From Eledone cirrhosa (Eukaryota): a stretch of 64,000 bases of DNA. A program made the translations under genes and the position numbers. Positions 12,206-25,200 of the stretch are shown piece after piece. Position 1 is the stretch's first letter; each line of letters opens with the position of its first letter. The notes beneath the pieces are model-generated. The model was not told where the DNA came from. It ran no database searches and worked only from the letters and a program-made list of their open reading frames with translations. Location of the stretch: the NCBI GenBank assembly GCA_964016885.1, contig OZ024741.1, forward strand, positions 212,040,001 to 212,104,000, given 5' to 3'.

Positions 12206-15200
12206 ATCAATTGAGAGTTGGCTGTTTGAACGCGCGTGGCCTGGGCTCAGCTTGGAAGCAAGCAAAGCTTCTAAGTGACCTCAGGTCACAAAGTATAGAT
12301 GTGATGGTTGTTTGCGAGAGTCGGATCAGCAGCGTGAGACAGCTGGCGCCCGCCTTCGATGACTTTGAGATGCACGCATCTCTCTGTCAACCCGGAGGCG
12401 GGGGGGGGGAGTTGCCGTACTGCTGGATAAACGTCTGACTCTCGACGTACAGATTGTTCACTCGGACCCGGGGGGTCGATTACTGGTGCTGGACGTCGGA
12501 GGCGGTGAAGGCGGGGCTTTCAGACTGGTCGGTTTTTATTTCCCTTCGGGGCGGAAAGAGCCGACTTCTTCCAGCGTCTGGAGACTTTTCTAGGAACGTC
12601 GCGTTCCCTGCTTTTAGTGGGGGACTGGAATGGAATCCTAGATGCGCGTTGGGACTATGCAGGGGCATGTCCCGATAGAGGGGGGTGTAGCAGCCTCAAG
12701 GGGTTACTCGATCGATTCGACCTGGTCGATAGATTTCGACTAGATTGTCCAACTGCGCCAACCTGGACCTGGGCAAACCGCAGTGGACAATCTAGATCGT
12801 ACCTAGATAGGTTTTTGGTTAGGAGTAAGGATAGGGACGTATTTAGTTGTCCAGAACTGATCATGGTTGGCTATTCAGATCACAAATTAGTGACCTGCGT
12901 GGTCAACCTTGATAGAACGCATAGACAGGGTCCCGGTTACTGGAAGATGAACTTGTCCTTACCGACAAAGAAAGATTACAGAAACCGGATTAGTAGCTTA
13001 GTTAAGATGCGGTTGACGGGAGCGATCGTCAACAGTAGGTGGTGGATATCTCTAAAGAGAGAGATTAGAGTAAGTTCGATAGGTTACAGTAAGGAACTAG
13101 CGGCTAATAGAAATAGGAGGGAAAGGGAGTTAACAGATAAACTAGAAGAGGCGATTAGGAGCGGAGACGTAGCCAGAGTGTTAGCGACGAGAACGGCATT
13201 GAGCCAGTTCTTTGACGCGAAGCACGAAGGCTGCGTTGTCCGAAGTAAAATACGTGCTTTAGGAAACGAGGGGACCAAAGCTGTTAGCTGGGCCCGCGTG
13301 ACAGAAGCCAAGAGTGGGATTAAATCCACCATTCGGTCTTTGCGAGACCAGGATGGACGGGTGATCCTTGAACCTGAGCGAATGTGCGAGACCTTTCAAA
13401 GGCACTTTGCTCGACTGTTCGGAGGTGGCGGGGGGCCGGACGGGGATGTGGACTTCGGTCCATACCTCGACGGTCTACCGCGTCTTTCGAGCGGCGAAGC
13501 GGAGTGCTGCGAAAGGCCAATCACAGCCACTGAAATCGGGGAAGCGCTCAGCCAATGCAGCAGACGCAAATCCCCGGGTCTCGATGGTCTACCATACGAA
13601 CTTTATTTAGCTATGCCGGTCTTGTTCTCCGAACTCCTCGAGGCTGTCTATTGCAACTGGCAACAGAACGGGAGAATTCCCTGTTCTGTGACCAAGGGCG
13701 TGGTCACGCTAGTGAGGAAGGACGAGAGCAAGGGGGACGACTTAAGTAACTTTAGGCCCATAACTCTGCTGAATGCAGAGTTACAGATTTTGGCCAAGGT
13801 GTTGGCGAAGAGGTTGGCGCTTGTGGTGGGTGGTTTGGTGGGAGACGCGCAGACATGCGCTATCCCGTCCAGGTCCATTCACGACAACCTCCACCTAATG
13901 CGATACATCATAGAGAGGGTTGGCTACGAACCCGGCTTTGGTGGGGCCCTGATCAACTTGGATCAATCTAAGGCGTTCGATAGGGTCGACCATGGTTACC
14001 TGGATGCGGTGCTAGCGGCGGCGGGCTTCGGACCCGTTTTCAGGGGCTGGATTTCTGCCATGCACAGTGGCAACATCTACTCTAGGATTAAAGTAAACGG
14101 CTACCACTCGGAGCCGTTTCAAATCACCCGATCCATCAGACAGGGGTGCCCCCTCTCCTCCCTTCTGTACGTATTGACTCTCGAGCCACTGCTGCGGAAG
14201 TTGGAGTTGCTGCGGGGCATACCCCTGGAACCGGGATTGCACAAAGCGGTCTCGGCCTATGCCGACGACGTAACAGTAATGGTGGCGGACGCCTCGAAAA
14301 TCGGGGCGATCGCCACCCTACTGGAGGAATACGAAAGGCTGACGGGGGCTAAGCTGAACCAGGACAAGTCAGTCGGTTTGCAACTCGGAACGTGGAGGGG
14401 CAAACCGATGCCGTTAGACGGTGTCGTCGGGCGGTGGACGGAGGGCCCGGTGAAGCTGCTCGGGGTCTGGTTCGGACCGGACCTCCAGGTGGAGAAGAAT
14501 TGGGGCGAGGTGACGAGCAGGGTGTTTGCGCTGACCCAGAAGTGGGCCAAGTGCAAACTATCACTGAAAGGTCGGGCGGAGGTGACGAACGCTTACATAG
14601 CGTCCGTCATCTACTACCGCCTGACCGTCGTGCCTTGCCCCAAGGAAAAGCTCACCATCATGGAACGCATGCTCTTCCAGTTCCTCTGGAAGAAGCGGCC
14701 TCCCATGGTGAGGAGATCCATCTGCTGCCAGCACCCTTCGAAAGGAGGGCTGGGTATGCCGTGGCTGTTGATGCGTAGGCACGCATTGAGGCTACGGCAT
14801 CTACAGGTATTCCTCAACGGTCAGCCGGTGTGGGCCCCGTTTGTGAGGCGAGCCTTCCCACAGCTCGTCTCGCTCACCGAACTGCAATCCTGGGTGAAGC
14901 AAAGACCGAGAAAACTGGGCAACTGGCACACCGAGTGTGCCCAGGCGCTCACGGCTATTTGGCAAGCGGACCCGACTGTCAGTGGAGAATCCACCTCGAC
15001 ATTCTATAGAGGGTTGGTGGCTAGCAGGGGCGACGACACCCTTGGAGAGTCGCTAGGCATGGAGGAGGACGAACTGGCCAGCCTGTTCGGTAGAACTTTC
15101 GGCCCGGGACCCATGGACAACTTCCAGAGGTCCCTTGCCTGGCAGTGTTACCGGGGGGCTCTGTCCGTTCGAGAAAAGCTCTACAGACACGGGCGCCCGG

Positions 15201-15640
15201 GCAGGGATCCCGCGAAAAAGATCTGTCCCAGATGCGTGCGCGACGAGGAAACCTTTGCGCATGCACTGGTACACTGCCCGGGCGTTGCCGATCTGTGGGG
15301 CTACGTCGAACGACTGCTGTCGCGTGTGGCGCCGATTCGATTAACCGCCGAGGCTGTGGTGAACATCAAGCCGCCTCCTCCCTTCAGAAATGAAGCAGAG
15401 GCGGTCTTTCTGTGCGTAATAGCCATGATGAAAGAGGTTGTGTGGTGGACGCGCCTGAAAGATCTGAGGTTGGGTGACTTTCTCTCCGGCCATCACCTGG
15501 TTTACTTCTTCCGATACCACTTCGGAAGAAGAATCAGGATGGAGAGAGAAGTGCTTGGTACCAGACAGTTTTATGAAAGGTGGGTGAAAGAAGCGAGAAT
15601 GGCCCGTGTAAATGGGCCTTCTCTCTACATTGTTCTGTAG
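12202..15640 (+). pseudogene. ORF2 of A (APE-RT-zinc finger); N-terminal frameshifts, 1007 aa open
   Basis: GDWN/SYLDR/SDH; KSPGLDG, FRPITLLN, LDQSKAFDRV, RQGCPLS, YADD; CPRC..ETFAHALVHC. Confidence 0.95.
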
Positions 15641-15871
15641 GTGAAGAAGTGAAGAGGAAAGGGGGAGCGCCTCCTCTCTGGGCTTCCCCCGCGAAAAGAG
15701 TTGCACACTTTTCGGGGGTATGTGCAATCCCCAACACGCCCCCTCCCTTTTGAGGACTTTTATTGTTATATTATTATTGTTATTCCTTTTTTCTTTACTC
15801 GATTTATGTAATCTCCCCCACTGTGTAAATGTCCCCTTCTTTTGTGCCCTCGTGGCAAATAAATAGAAATT

Positions 15872-15977
15872 TATCTATCTATCTATCTATGTATCTATCT
15901 ATCTATCAATCAATCTATGTAAATATCTATCTATCCACCAGAATAATAGCTATCTATTTATCAAATAATATCTATCT
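15872..15977. repeat. (TCTA)n tract, interrupted
   Basis: Direct reading of the sequence. Confidence 0.95.
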
Positions 15978-16326
15978 AGGAGAATCAGAGTAGGGAGAGA
16001 GGCACTGCACCCCAGTAAATTTACTGAAAGGTGGGTGAATGAAGCGAAAATGGCCCGAGTGATTGGGTCTTCTCTGTTCATAAGTCTGTAGGTTAAAGAA
16101 GAGAGCAAAAGGAAGAAAGGAGCACTTGCACAACACGCTCCTGAAGTTGAGGGTTGTTCTATCGACGGGGTATTACACAACCCATTTGTGGCGCCTCCCC
16201 CCTAATGGGGATTTCGATTGTTAAAATTGTTTGTTTCAATATTTTTATACGACTGTATGTAAAATACCCGGCATGTGTCTTTGTATTTTCCTCTTTTCTT
16301 GTGCGCCCTTGTGGCAAATAAAGAAA
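15978..16326 (+). mobile_element. 5'-truncated Tx1-like 3' stub 1
   Basis: Encodes RIRVGREALHPSKFTERWVNEAKMARVIGSSLFISL*, then a homologous 3'UTR ending gtggcaaataaagaaa and (TCTA)n. Confidence 0.9.
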
Positions 16327-16573
16327 TCTATCTATCTATCTATCTATCTCTCTATCAGTCGTGTGTCACTTCGCGGAGAAGTTTCCGTTAATTTATGTAA
16401 GGAAAAAACGTGAGTTTTTAGTTCAATTTTATATCATTGTGTAACTTGACCACCCGTCTGGACCTTCAGGTGGTGGGTCAACTCATTTTCGCCCCTTCAG
16501 GGGCGGAATATCCATTTAAAAAATTTTTCTCCATCGAATCTTGGAAAAAATATTGTAAAATTTTGATTACGTT

Positions 16574-18490
16574 ATGAACGCTGCGTCCAACGATAATGGT
16601 GGTGGAGAGGCGGTAAGACTACAAAGCTCGCAGTCAACAACGTCTTCTTCACTAGATACTATAGAGATGGAAAGACAAAATGAAAATAAAAAAACGAATT
16701 CACATCCAAACAACACAAATGACACCAAACAGCTCAATGACAACAAAAATAACAGCAAAACCAATAATGATGATAAAAGCAACAATGATAACAACAACAA
16801 AGAAAAAAATAAAGACAACGCCAATAACACCAGCATCAAAGACAACAACAACACCAAGGAAAATACGGATGATACCAGCATCGGTGACAACAAGAATAAC
16901 AACAAGAATAACAACAATAATGACAACACCACCAATACGGATTCCACAAAGAAACCAAAAATCTCCTTTGCGGAGAAAGTTCAAAAGAAAGAACAATTGA
17001 TATATCTCGACATAACAAATGCTGAACACCTTTTAAAGGACGCTAAGAGATATGTCACCTTCGAAAAAAATGGTGCTTTCAGCATCAATTCTCCGGTAGA
17101 AATTCGCAAGGAAACTGCTCTCAAAACGATAGTTTTTAGGACAGTTTCCAATTCTACCCGAAAACCAGTCCAATTGTCACAGAAAGATATTGAACTGGTT
17201 TTCAAAGATTCAATGAATGATATTGCATTCATTCAAAGAAGCAAACTTTTTGGGAGTATTTCGGTACTGATGAAGGATCAATTGACGGCCCAAAATTACT
17301 CTGTGTCGCCAATTGTATCCAACCTGTACACCTTTTTCCCTACATACATGGGAAAAAGGACACAAAAGATCAGAATCACAAGTGTCACACCAAAGGTGAA
17401 CATATGGTGGATACTGTGCGGCTTCATCAATTTTGATGAAGACAGAATACTGTCAGTAGGCAAGTCCCCCAGAGATGTATTCAATGGGACTAGCATTGAA
17501 GTTCTGGTGCAAATGAGCCCAGAGCGAATAGCTATGATCCCACAGCGTGTACTCCTGGACGGACTTACCTACATAAACCTTTCGGTTGAGGGTAGGCGGC
17601 CTTCATGTTACCATTGCTTTAGCAGGGGTCACCTGAGGGCTTCCTGTCCTAAACTAATGAACCAAAAAAAGGCTCTTCTGCCAACACCCATCAAAACAAC
17701 ACAACCACCAACACCACCACTACAACAACAACACCAACACACAAAAATAACCACAACAAACACAGTCCCACCCAACCTCACTCCACCTAAAACCACTGCA
17801 AAATCACATACAGACACAACAGCTCCCCAAGACATACCCCTCCCCAATCACACAGACGATACAACAGATGAGGCTATCTCGCCATCACCCAGTGAAGACG
17901 AGGGAGAACCCCATCGCTCGAAAAGAAAGAAAAGACATCACAAAAGCAAAAAACCAGTAAACACTACCACAAACATACAACCACCAACACAAACAACAAA
18001 AATATCACAAACAAAACCCCCACCTCCTGAAAACAAAATACCTACAACAAAACGAAAGCACACGCAAGAACTACAGACAAAAACAAACACAACACAAGAA
18101 AATTACACTTACACTTACATAAACACTGAAAACAAAACACTAATGGAGACCATTACGAACGACCCTTCGGTTTTCACCGAAGGGAAAACTTTCGCCCACT
18201 CTATAAAAAATAGCAAAAAAATGAACCTAAAACTGATTAGGGTCCCTATACAAACTTATAGGTCCCTAAAAGAAACATTTGAGAAGGATGTGGGGAATTC
18301 CTGCGTGAAACCACTCAACCGCGTCCTTCTCAAATGCCTCCCCACCCCAGACACCCCCATCCCACCAGACCCCACCCCACCAAACATCTGCGTCCCCACC
18401 CCACCGGAAACCACCACCCATCCAGACAACCCCTCCAACACCCCCATGGAAATCGTGCGGCCTGGTCCCCAGGAGGCGAAGGGTGAGTGA
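16574..18490 (+). CDS. ORF1 of B, 638 aa, intact
   Basis: N/D/K-rich N-terminus, VEGRRPSCYHCFSRGHLRASC knuckle, P/T tract, conserved C-terminal block. Confidence 0.9.
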   Translation: MNAASNDNGGGEAVRLQSSQSTTSSSLDTIEMERQNENKKTNSHPNNTNDTKQLNDNKNNSKTNNDDKSNNDNNNKEKNKDNANNTSIKDNNNTKENTDDTSIGDNKNNNKNNNNNDNTTNTDSTKKPKISFAEKVQKKEQLIYLDITNAEHLLKDAKRYVTFEKNGAFSINSPVEIRKETALKTIVFRTVSNSTRKPVQLSQKDIELVFKDSMNDIAFIQRSKLFGSISVLMKDQLTAQNYSVSPIVSNLYTFFPTYMGKRTQKIRITSVTPKVNIWWILCGFINFDEDRILSVGKSPRDVFNGTSIEVLVQMSPERIAMIPQRVLLDGLTYINLSVEGRRPSCYHCFSRGHLRASCPKLMNQKKALLPTPIKTTQPPTPPLQQQHQHTKITTTNTVPPNLTPPKTTAKSHTDTTAPQDIPLPNHTDDTTDEAISPSPSEDEGEPHRSKRKKRHHKSKKPVNTTTNIQPPTQTTKISQTKPPPPENKIPTTKRKHTQELQTKTNTTQENYTYTYINTENKTLMETITNDPSVFTEGKTFAHSIKNSKKMNLKLIRVPIQTYRSLKETFEKDVGNSCVKPLNRVLLKCLPTPDTPIPPDPTPPNICVPTPPETTTHPDNPSNTPMEIVRPGPQEAKGE

Positions 18491-18523
18491 TCTCTTTTCC
18501 TCTTTTAACTTTTCAGCACCAAC

Positions 18524-21500
18524 ATGGCCAATATAAGAGTTGGATGTGTGAATGTACGCGGCCTGGGGATGCCCTGGAAACAGGGCAAACTCTTAAACGA
18601 CCTCAGGTCGCACAGTTTGGATGTGGTAGCCATTTGCGAGTCCAGGATCCACGGCGAGCGACAGCTGGCCCCCATCTTCGATGACTTTGAGATCTACGCA
18701 TCTCTCTGTCAACCGGGGGGTGGGGGCGGAGTTGCCGTTTTGCTGCGGAAACACCTGGGCCTCGTAACACAGACGGTACATCTGGACCCGGAGGGTCGAC
18801 TGGTGGTCCTAGACGTTGACGGTAGTGAAGGTGGAGCGTTCAGGCTGGTGGCCGCATATGCCCCATCCGGGACACCGCGGCCAGACTTCTTCAAACGTCT
18901 AGAGACTTTTCTGGGAACGTCCCGCTCCTTGCTTTTAGTGGGGGACTGGAATGGAATCCTAGATGCACGTTGGGACTATGTGGGAGCATGTCCCGATAAA
19001 GGGGGGTGTAACAGCCTCAAACAGTTAATCGACCGATTTGACCTGGCCGATAGATATCGACTAGATTTTCCGACTGCGCCACTGTGGACGTGGAGTAATC
19101 GTAGCGGAACATCTAGATCGTACCTAGATAGGGTTCTAGTTAGAAATAAGGATAGGGACATGTTAAGCTGTCCACAAATGTTCATGGTTGCCTATTCAGA
19201 TCACAAACTAGTGACCTGCATGGCCAACCTTGATAGAACCCATAGACAAGGACCCGGCTACTGGAAGCTGAACTTGTCGTTACCGACAAGCAAAGCCTAC
19301 AGTAGACGGATTAGCACTTTAGTTAAACAGCACTTGACAGGGGCCATTGTCAACAACAGATGGTGGTACTCTCTCAAGAGGGCAGTTAGATTAGACTCGA
19401 TAGTTTTTAGTAAAGAATTAGCGTTAGATAGAAATAGAACCGAGAAGGAACTGGTAGATAAAGTAGAAGAGGCAATTAGAAGTGGCAACGTAGCCAGCGT
19501 GCTAGCAACGAGAACGGCCTTGGACCAGTTCTTCGACGCAAAGCACGAGGGCTGCGTTGTCAGAAGCAAAATACGTGCTCTGGGAAACGAGGGAGCCAAA
19601 GCTGTTAGCTGGGCCCGAGTGACGGAGGCAAAAAGTGGCAACAAGTCCACGATTCGGTCTTTGAAGGACCAAAACGGACGCGTGATACGTGAGCCGAAGC
19701 AGATGTGTGCGGCTTTTCAGCGGCACTTTGCTCGGCTGTTCGGGGGGAGCGGCGCGCCGGGAGAGGCTATGGATTTCGGTCCATACCTCGACGGCCTACC
19801 GCGACTCTCGGACAGCGAGGCGAAGTTCTGCGAAAAGCCGATTTCAGCCACTGAGATAGGGGACGCGCTGAGCCAATGCGGCAAACGCAAATCTCCAGGT
19901 CTCGACGGTCTACCCTACGAATTTTACGTAGCAATGCCGGACTTATTCTCCGGTCTCCTGGAAGCGGTCTACTGCAACTGGCAACAGAACGGGAGAATTC
20001 CCAGTTCTGTAACCGGGGGCGTGGTCACACTAATCAGGAAGGACGAGAATAAGGGGGATGACATAGGCAACTTCCGGCCCATAACTCTGCTAAACACAGA
20101 GTTACAGATTTTGGCCAAGGTGTTGGCAAAGAGGCTGGCGCTTGTCGTCGAGAACCTGGTGGGAGAAGCGCAGACATGCGCGATCCCGACCAGGTCCATA
20201 CACGACAACCTCCACCTCATGCGATACATCATAGAGAGGGTAGGGTGTAAACCCGGCTTCGGTGGGGCCCTGATCAACTTGGATCAGTCTAAGGCTTTCG
20301 ATAGGGTTGACCATCGTTACCTGGATGCGGTGCTCGAGGCGGCAGGCTTCGGACCCGTGTTCAGGGGCTGGATTGCTGCAATGCACAACAGCAACATCTG
20401 CTCAAGGGTCAAGGTGAACGGTTACCTCTCGGAGCCGTTCCATATTACGCGATCCATTCGACAGGGATGCCCTCTCTCCTCCCTTCTGTACGTACTGACT
20501 CTCGAGCCACTACTGCGGAAGCTGGAGCTATTGCAGGGCATCCCTCTGGAACCGGGACTGCGGAAAGCGGCGTCGGCCTACGCCGACGACGTGACAGTAA
20601 TGGTGTCGAGCGCCTCGCAAATCGAGGAAGTCGGCACCTTACTAAAGGAATACGAAAGTCTCACGGGACAAGTCCATCGGTTTGCAACTCGGATCGTGGA
20701 GAGGCAGACCGATGCCTTCCGATGGCGTCGTCGGACGCTGGACGGAAGGACCGGTAAAGCTGCTCGGGGTCTGGTTTAGTCCGGACCTCCAGGTGGAGAA
20801 GAACTGGAACGAAGTGACGGCCAAGGTGTTTGCACTCACCCAGAAGTGGGCCGAGTGCAAACTATCCTTGAAAGGTCGAGCGGAGGTGGCGAACACTTTT
20901 ATAGCGTCCGCCATCTACTACCGCTTGACCGTCGTGCCTTGTCCAGCCAAAACGCTCGCCAAAATGGAGCGCGCCCTCTTCCGATTCCTTTGGAAGAGGC
21001 GGGCTCCTTTGGTAAGAAGATCCATCTGCTGCCAACACCCTTCTAACGGAGGGCTGGGGATGCCGTGGTTGACGATGCGCAAACACGCGCTCAGGCTGCG
21101 GCATCTCTACGTATTCCTCACCGGACAACCGGTGTGGGCCCCGTTCGTGAGGCGAGCCTTCCCACGACTCGTCTCGCTGACCGAGCTGCAGTCCTGGGTC
21201 AAGCAGAGACCGAGGAAAATGGGCGACTGGCACATCGAATGTGCTCAGGCGCTCACAGCCCTCTGGCAGGCGGACCCGGCGATCAGTGGAGACTCCACTT
21301 CGTCATTCTATAGAGGGTTGGTCCGCAGCAAGTGCGACGACGCGCTCGGTGAAACTCTAGGCGTGGAGGAAGATGAACTGGCCAGTCTGTTCGGTAGGAC
21401 CTTCCGCCCGGGACCGATGGACAACTTCCAAAAGTCCCTGGCCTGGCAGTGCTACCGAGGAGCTCTACCAGTTCGAGACAAGCTCTACAGACATGGGCGC

Positions 21501-21944
21501 CCGGGCAGGGACCCTGCAAAAAAGATCTGTCCGAGGTGCGTGCGAGACGAAGAAACCGTCGCGCACGCATTCATACACTGCCCGGGCGTCACTGACCTGT
21601 GGGGCTATGTAGAACGACTATTGTCGCGGGTGGGACCAATCCAGTTGACCACCGAGTCCATTGTCATGATCAAACCGCCACCCTCCTTCAAAAACGAAGG
21701 AGAGGCGGTTTTCCTTTGTGTGATAGCTATGGCGAAAGAGGTTGTATGGTGGACAAGGTTGAAAGGGCTGAGGTCAGACACCTTTCTCTCCGGCCAACAA
21801 CTGATTCTTTTTTTCAAATACCACTTTGGAAGAAGAATCAGGATGGAGAGAGAGGTGCTGTACCCCAGCAAGTTTTATGAAAGGTGGGTGAAAGTGGCGA
21901 GAATGGCCCGAGTGAATGGGCCTTCTCTCTATATCAGCCTGTAG
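18524..21944 (+). pseudogene. ORF2 of B with a short frameshifting deletion near 20667
   Basis: ORFs 18524-20779 and 20682-21944. The AKLNQ codons present in A are missing. All APE/RT/CCHC motifs present. Confidence 0.93.
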
Positions 21945-22183
21945 GTTGAGGAAAAGGAGGAGGAGAGGAAAGGAGTACAAGCTCTTCGTACTCCTGGAGA
22001 TGAGGGTTGCACATTTTTTTCGGGGGTCTGTGTTACCCATATAAACTGTCTCCCTCTATTGGGGAAAATCGACTAACTTTTAAATTCCATCTGTGATAAC
22101 ATTTTACACGTTTTTATTGTATGTAAACTTCCCCCTTTGTATTTGTCCCCTTCTTTTGTGCCCCTGTGGCTAATAAAGAAATA

Positions 22184-22251
<68 letters not shown>

Positions 22252-22256
22252 AATCT

Positions 22257-25200
22257 AGCTGTCGTCTGTCGTGTGGATGTAATTCACTTCGCGCAGAAGT
22301 TTTGTTCAAATTTATTACGGAAATTTTGTGAGTTCAAATTTAATTTTGATACCATTGAACTGTCAGACGGTGGGTTAGCTCATCTTTACCCGTCCTAGAG
22401 GTGAAAAACCTGTTTTAAAAAATTTTGTGGCCAAAAAAATTTCAATCGTCTGACAGAAATGTTGAACGAAGCGAACGAAAATAGTGGTGGGGGGACAGCG
22501 GTAAGAGTTGTAAGCTCGCACGCTTTAGTCCCCCCTTCCTTCCCAACTAACGTCATATAGAAGGAAGGAAAAATTAAAATAAAAACAGACGAATCTGCGG
22601 AGAAAAATGACGAAAATACAAATCTGGACATGGATTCCAACAACGAAAAAAAAAAAAATTTGAAAAATTGCATGACAAACAAAGACACAACAAACACAAA
22701 AATAACATTTGAAAATAACACCATAACAGAAAGCAAAGCAGACGACAGAGTCAAGATTTCATTTGCACAAACAACAAAGAAATCTTTGACTTATATACCC
22801 GAAAATATTTCAGATGTGGCACGAAGAATCACAGACGCCAAACAATACATAAGTGAAGGAGAGAATGGTATTTTATCGGTAAAAATGCCTCAAAAATTCA
22901 CCAAAGACATTGAAAGCCGAACGGTCAAGTTCCGCACCATCAACAACACTTCAAAAAAACCTGAACAGCCTTCTCAAGCAGATATCAAAACAGTACTCAC
23001 AGAAGTACTTACTGAAACCACTTTCATAAGAAAAGACAGACTGTATGGAAGCCTAGCAATTATCATGAAGAACGAATCGGCAGCAAAAAAATGTGCTTTG
23101 TCACCGATTCGTTCGTAAAATTTTACCTTTTATCCATATTATATGGGTAAAAGAACTCAACGCATATGGCTGGATGCAATGATGCCAGATGTGGACTACT
23201 GCTGGCTCATAGCTGGCTTCATCGATCCAGTGAATGACAACGTGATTTCCATTGGGAAAACCACAGGCAATGCGTTCAGTGGAACAGGTATAGAGCTGGT
23301 AGTGCAAATGAAGCCTGAACGCATCGCCCAAATACCCGACAGAATCCTATTAGAGGGCCACGGGTATATAAACATTAGCGTGGAGGGGAGAAGGCCGTCC
23401 TGCCATATCTGTGTAGGCAGAGGGCACCTGAAGGCCGCTTGTCCCCAACTCAACAAAAAGAAAACCCTGCTACCAACACCAGCTCCACCACCACCACCAC
23501 AACATATAAACAAACAACAAAACTCAGTCCCACCCAACCCGTCCCTCAGTAAAACCACACCACCACCACAACACAAACAGTCACAACACATTACCCCAAA
23601 ACAAAATACAGGCTCACCCAACCTCTCACTCAATAAAACAACACAACCACCGCAGACACAACACACAACACAGTCTAACATAGTGACATCCATCTCCCCC
23701 ACAAAGAAAACCAACACGGAAACATTACCAGCAAACATACCTCTTCCCTCCAACACTGAAGATAACCCAACGAATTCGGAGGAAGAAACGTAGTCCTTCA
23801 GACAGATTAAAAGGAAAAAAAGAAAACATGTGCAAAACACACAAGGCCAAACAACCCCCACCTAAATCTCAACACAATCCAACAAAACAGAAAACACCCC
23901 TCCAGCAACAAACAAAACCAAACCTGCCCCTCCCCCCTTCGAAACACTCACACCATCCGAAAAAAAGACATTACACTATACAGAACAACAGAAACAATAA
24001 TAAATTAAATGAACTCATGAACAATAATCCTTCGGTACAAACCGAAGGTGTAAACTTTGTTTCTTCAGAAAACTACCCACATTTAAAATTAATAAAGATC
24101 CCAATGAACCTCTACCAAAAACTAAAAAAGAATTTTAAGGAGGACGTAGGACCACCCTCTGTCAAACCCATAAACCGCGTCCTACTAACTCCCCCCCCCC
24201 CTTCCCCTCCCCAACACAACTCCAAACACCCCAACCCCACCATACACTGACGACCCCACACCACCACAAGACGCCCCTTCACCCAACACCCCCGACCCCA
24301 TGGAAGTCGTGCAACCCGAACCCCGGGAAGCGGAAAGGTAGGTCTCTACACTCTCCTTTGGCTCTGCCGCCCACATGGATGTGTTAAGAGTAGGATGTTT
24401 GAATGCACGTGGCCTGGGCTCAACTTGGAAGCAAGCAAAGCTTCTAAATGACCTCAGGTCATGTAGTATAAATGTAATGGTTATCTGTGAGACTCGAATC
24501 AGCGTCGTGTGGCAGCTGGCCCCCACCTTCGATGACTTTGAGGTGCATGCATCTCTCTGTCAACCTGGAGGTGGGGGTGGGGTTGTCGTACTGCTGCAAA
24601 AACACCTGGGTCTTGCCGTACAGGTTGTGCACTCGGACCCGGAGGGTAGTTTGTTGGTGCTAGACGTTGGCAGTAGTGAAAGTGCGGCCTTGAGACTGGT
24701 CGCCGTCTACTCCCCTTTCGGAGCTGAACGGCCCGACTTCTTCCAGCGTTTGGAGACTTTTCTGGGAACGTCGCGTTCCCTGCTTCTAGCGGGGGATTGG
24801 AATGACATCCTAGATGCACGTTGGGACTATGCAGGAGCATGTCCTAATAGAGGGGGGTGTAACAGCCTCAAGGGGTTACTCGACCGTTTTAACTTGGTCG
24901 ATAGATATCGACTAGATTTTCCAACTGTGCCTACCTGGACTTGGAGAAACCACAGTGGTCAATCTAGATCGTACTTAGATAGATTCTTAGTTAGAAGTAA
25001 GGATAGGGACATATTAAGCTGTCCAGAAATGCGCACGGTTGGCTACACGGATCACAAATTAGTGACCTGCGTAGTCAATCTCGAGAAAACACATAAACAG
25101 GGTCCCGGTTACTGGAAACTTAATTTGTCTTTACCGGCAAAAGAGACTTACAGAAACCGGATTAGCAGATTAGTTAAGGAGAGGTTGACGGGTGCAATCG

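Larger units (their letters stand above)
10159..15870 (+). mobile_element. Full-length Tx1-like LINE, family A
   Basis: 5'UTR, ORF1, ORF2 (APE-RT-CCHC), 3'UTR with AATAAA at 15858. TCTA repeats on both sides. Same termini as the copy at 28574. Confidence 0.95.
16357..22181 (+). mobile_element. Full-length Tx1-like LINE, family B
   Basis: Starts right after TCTA 16327-16356. Intact ORF1 and an ORF2 with one lesion. AATAAA at 22172, then (TCTA)n 22185-22251. Confidence 0.95.

Noticed and set aside
18483-18517. Tiny intron GTGAGT..TTTCAG fusing ORF1 to ORF2 in B
   Set aside because: Only ~35 nt long, and C and D have no AG in the equivalent spacer.
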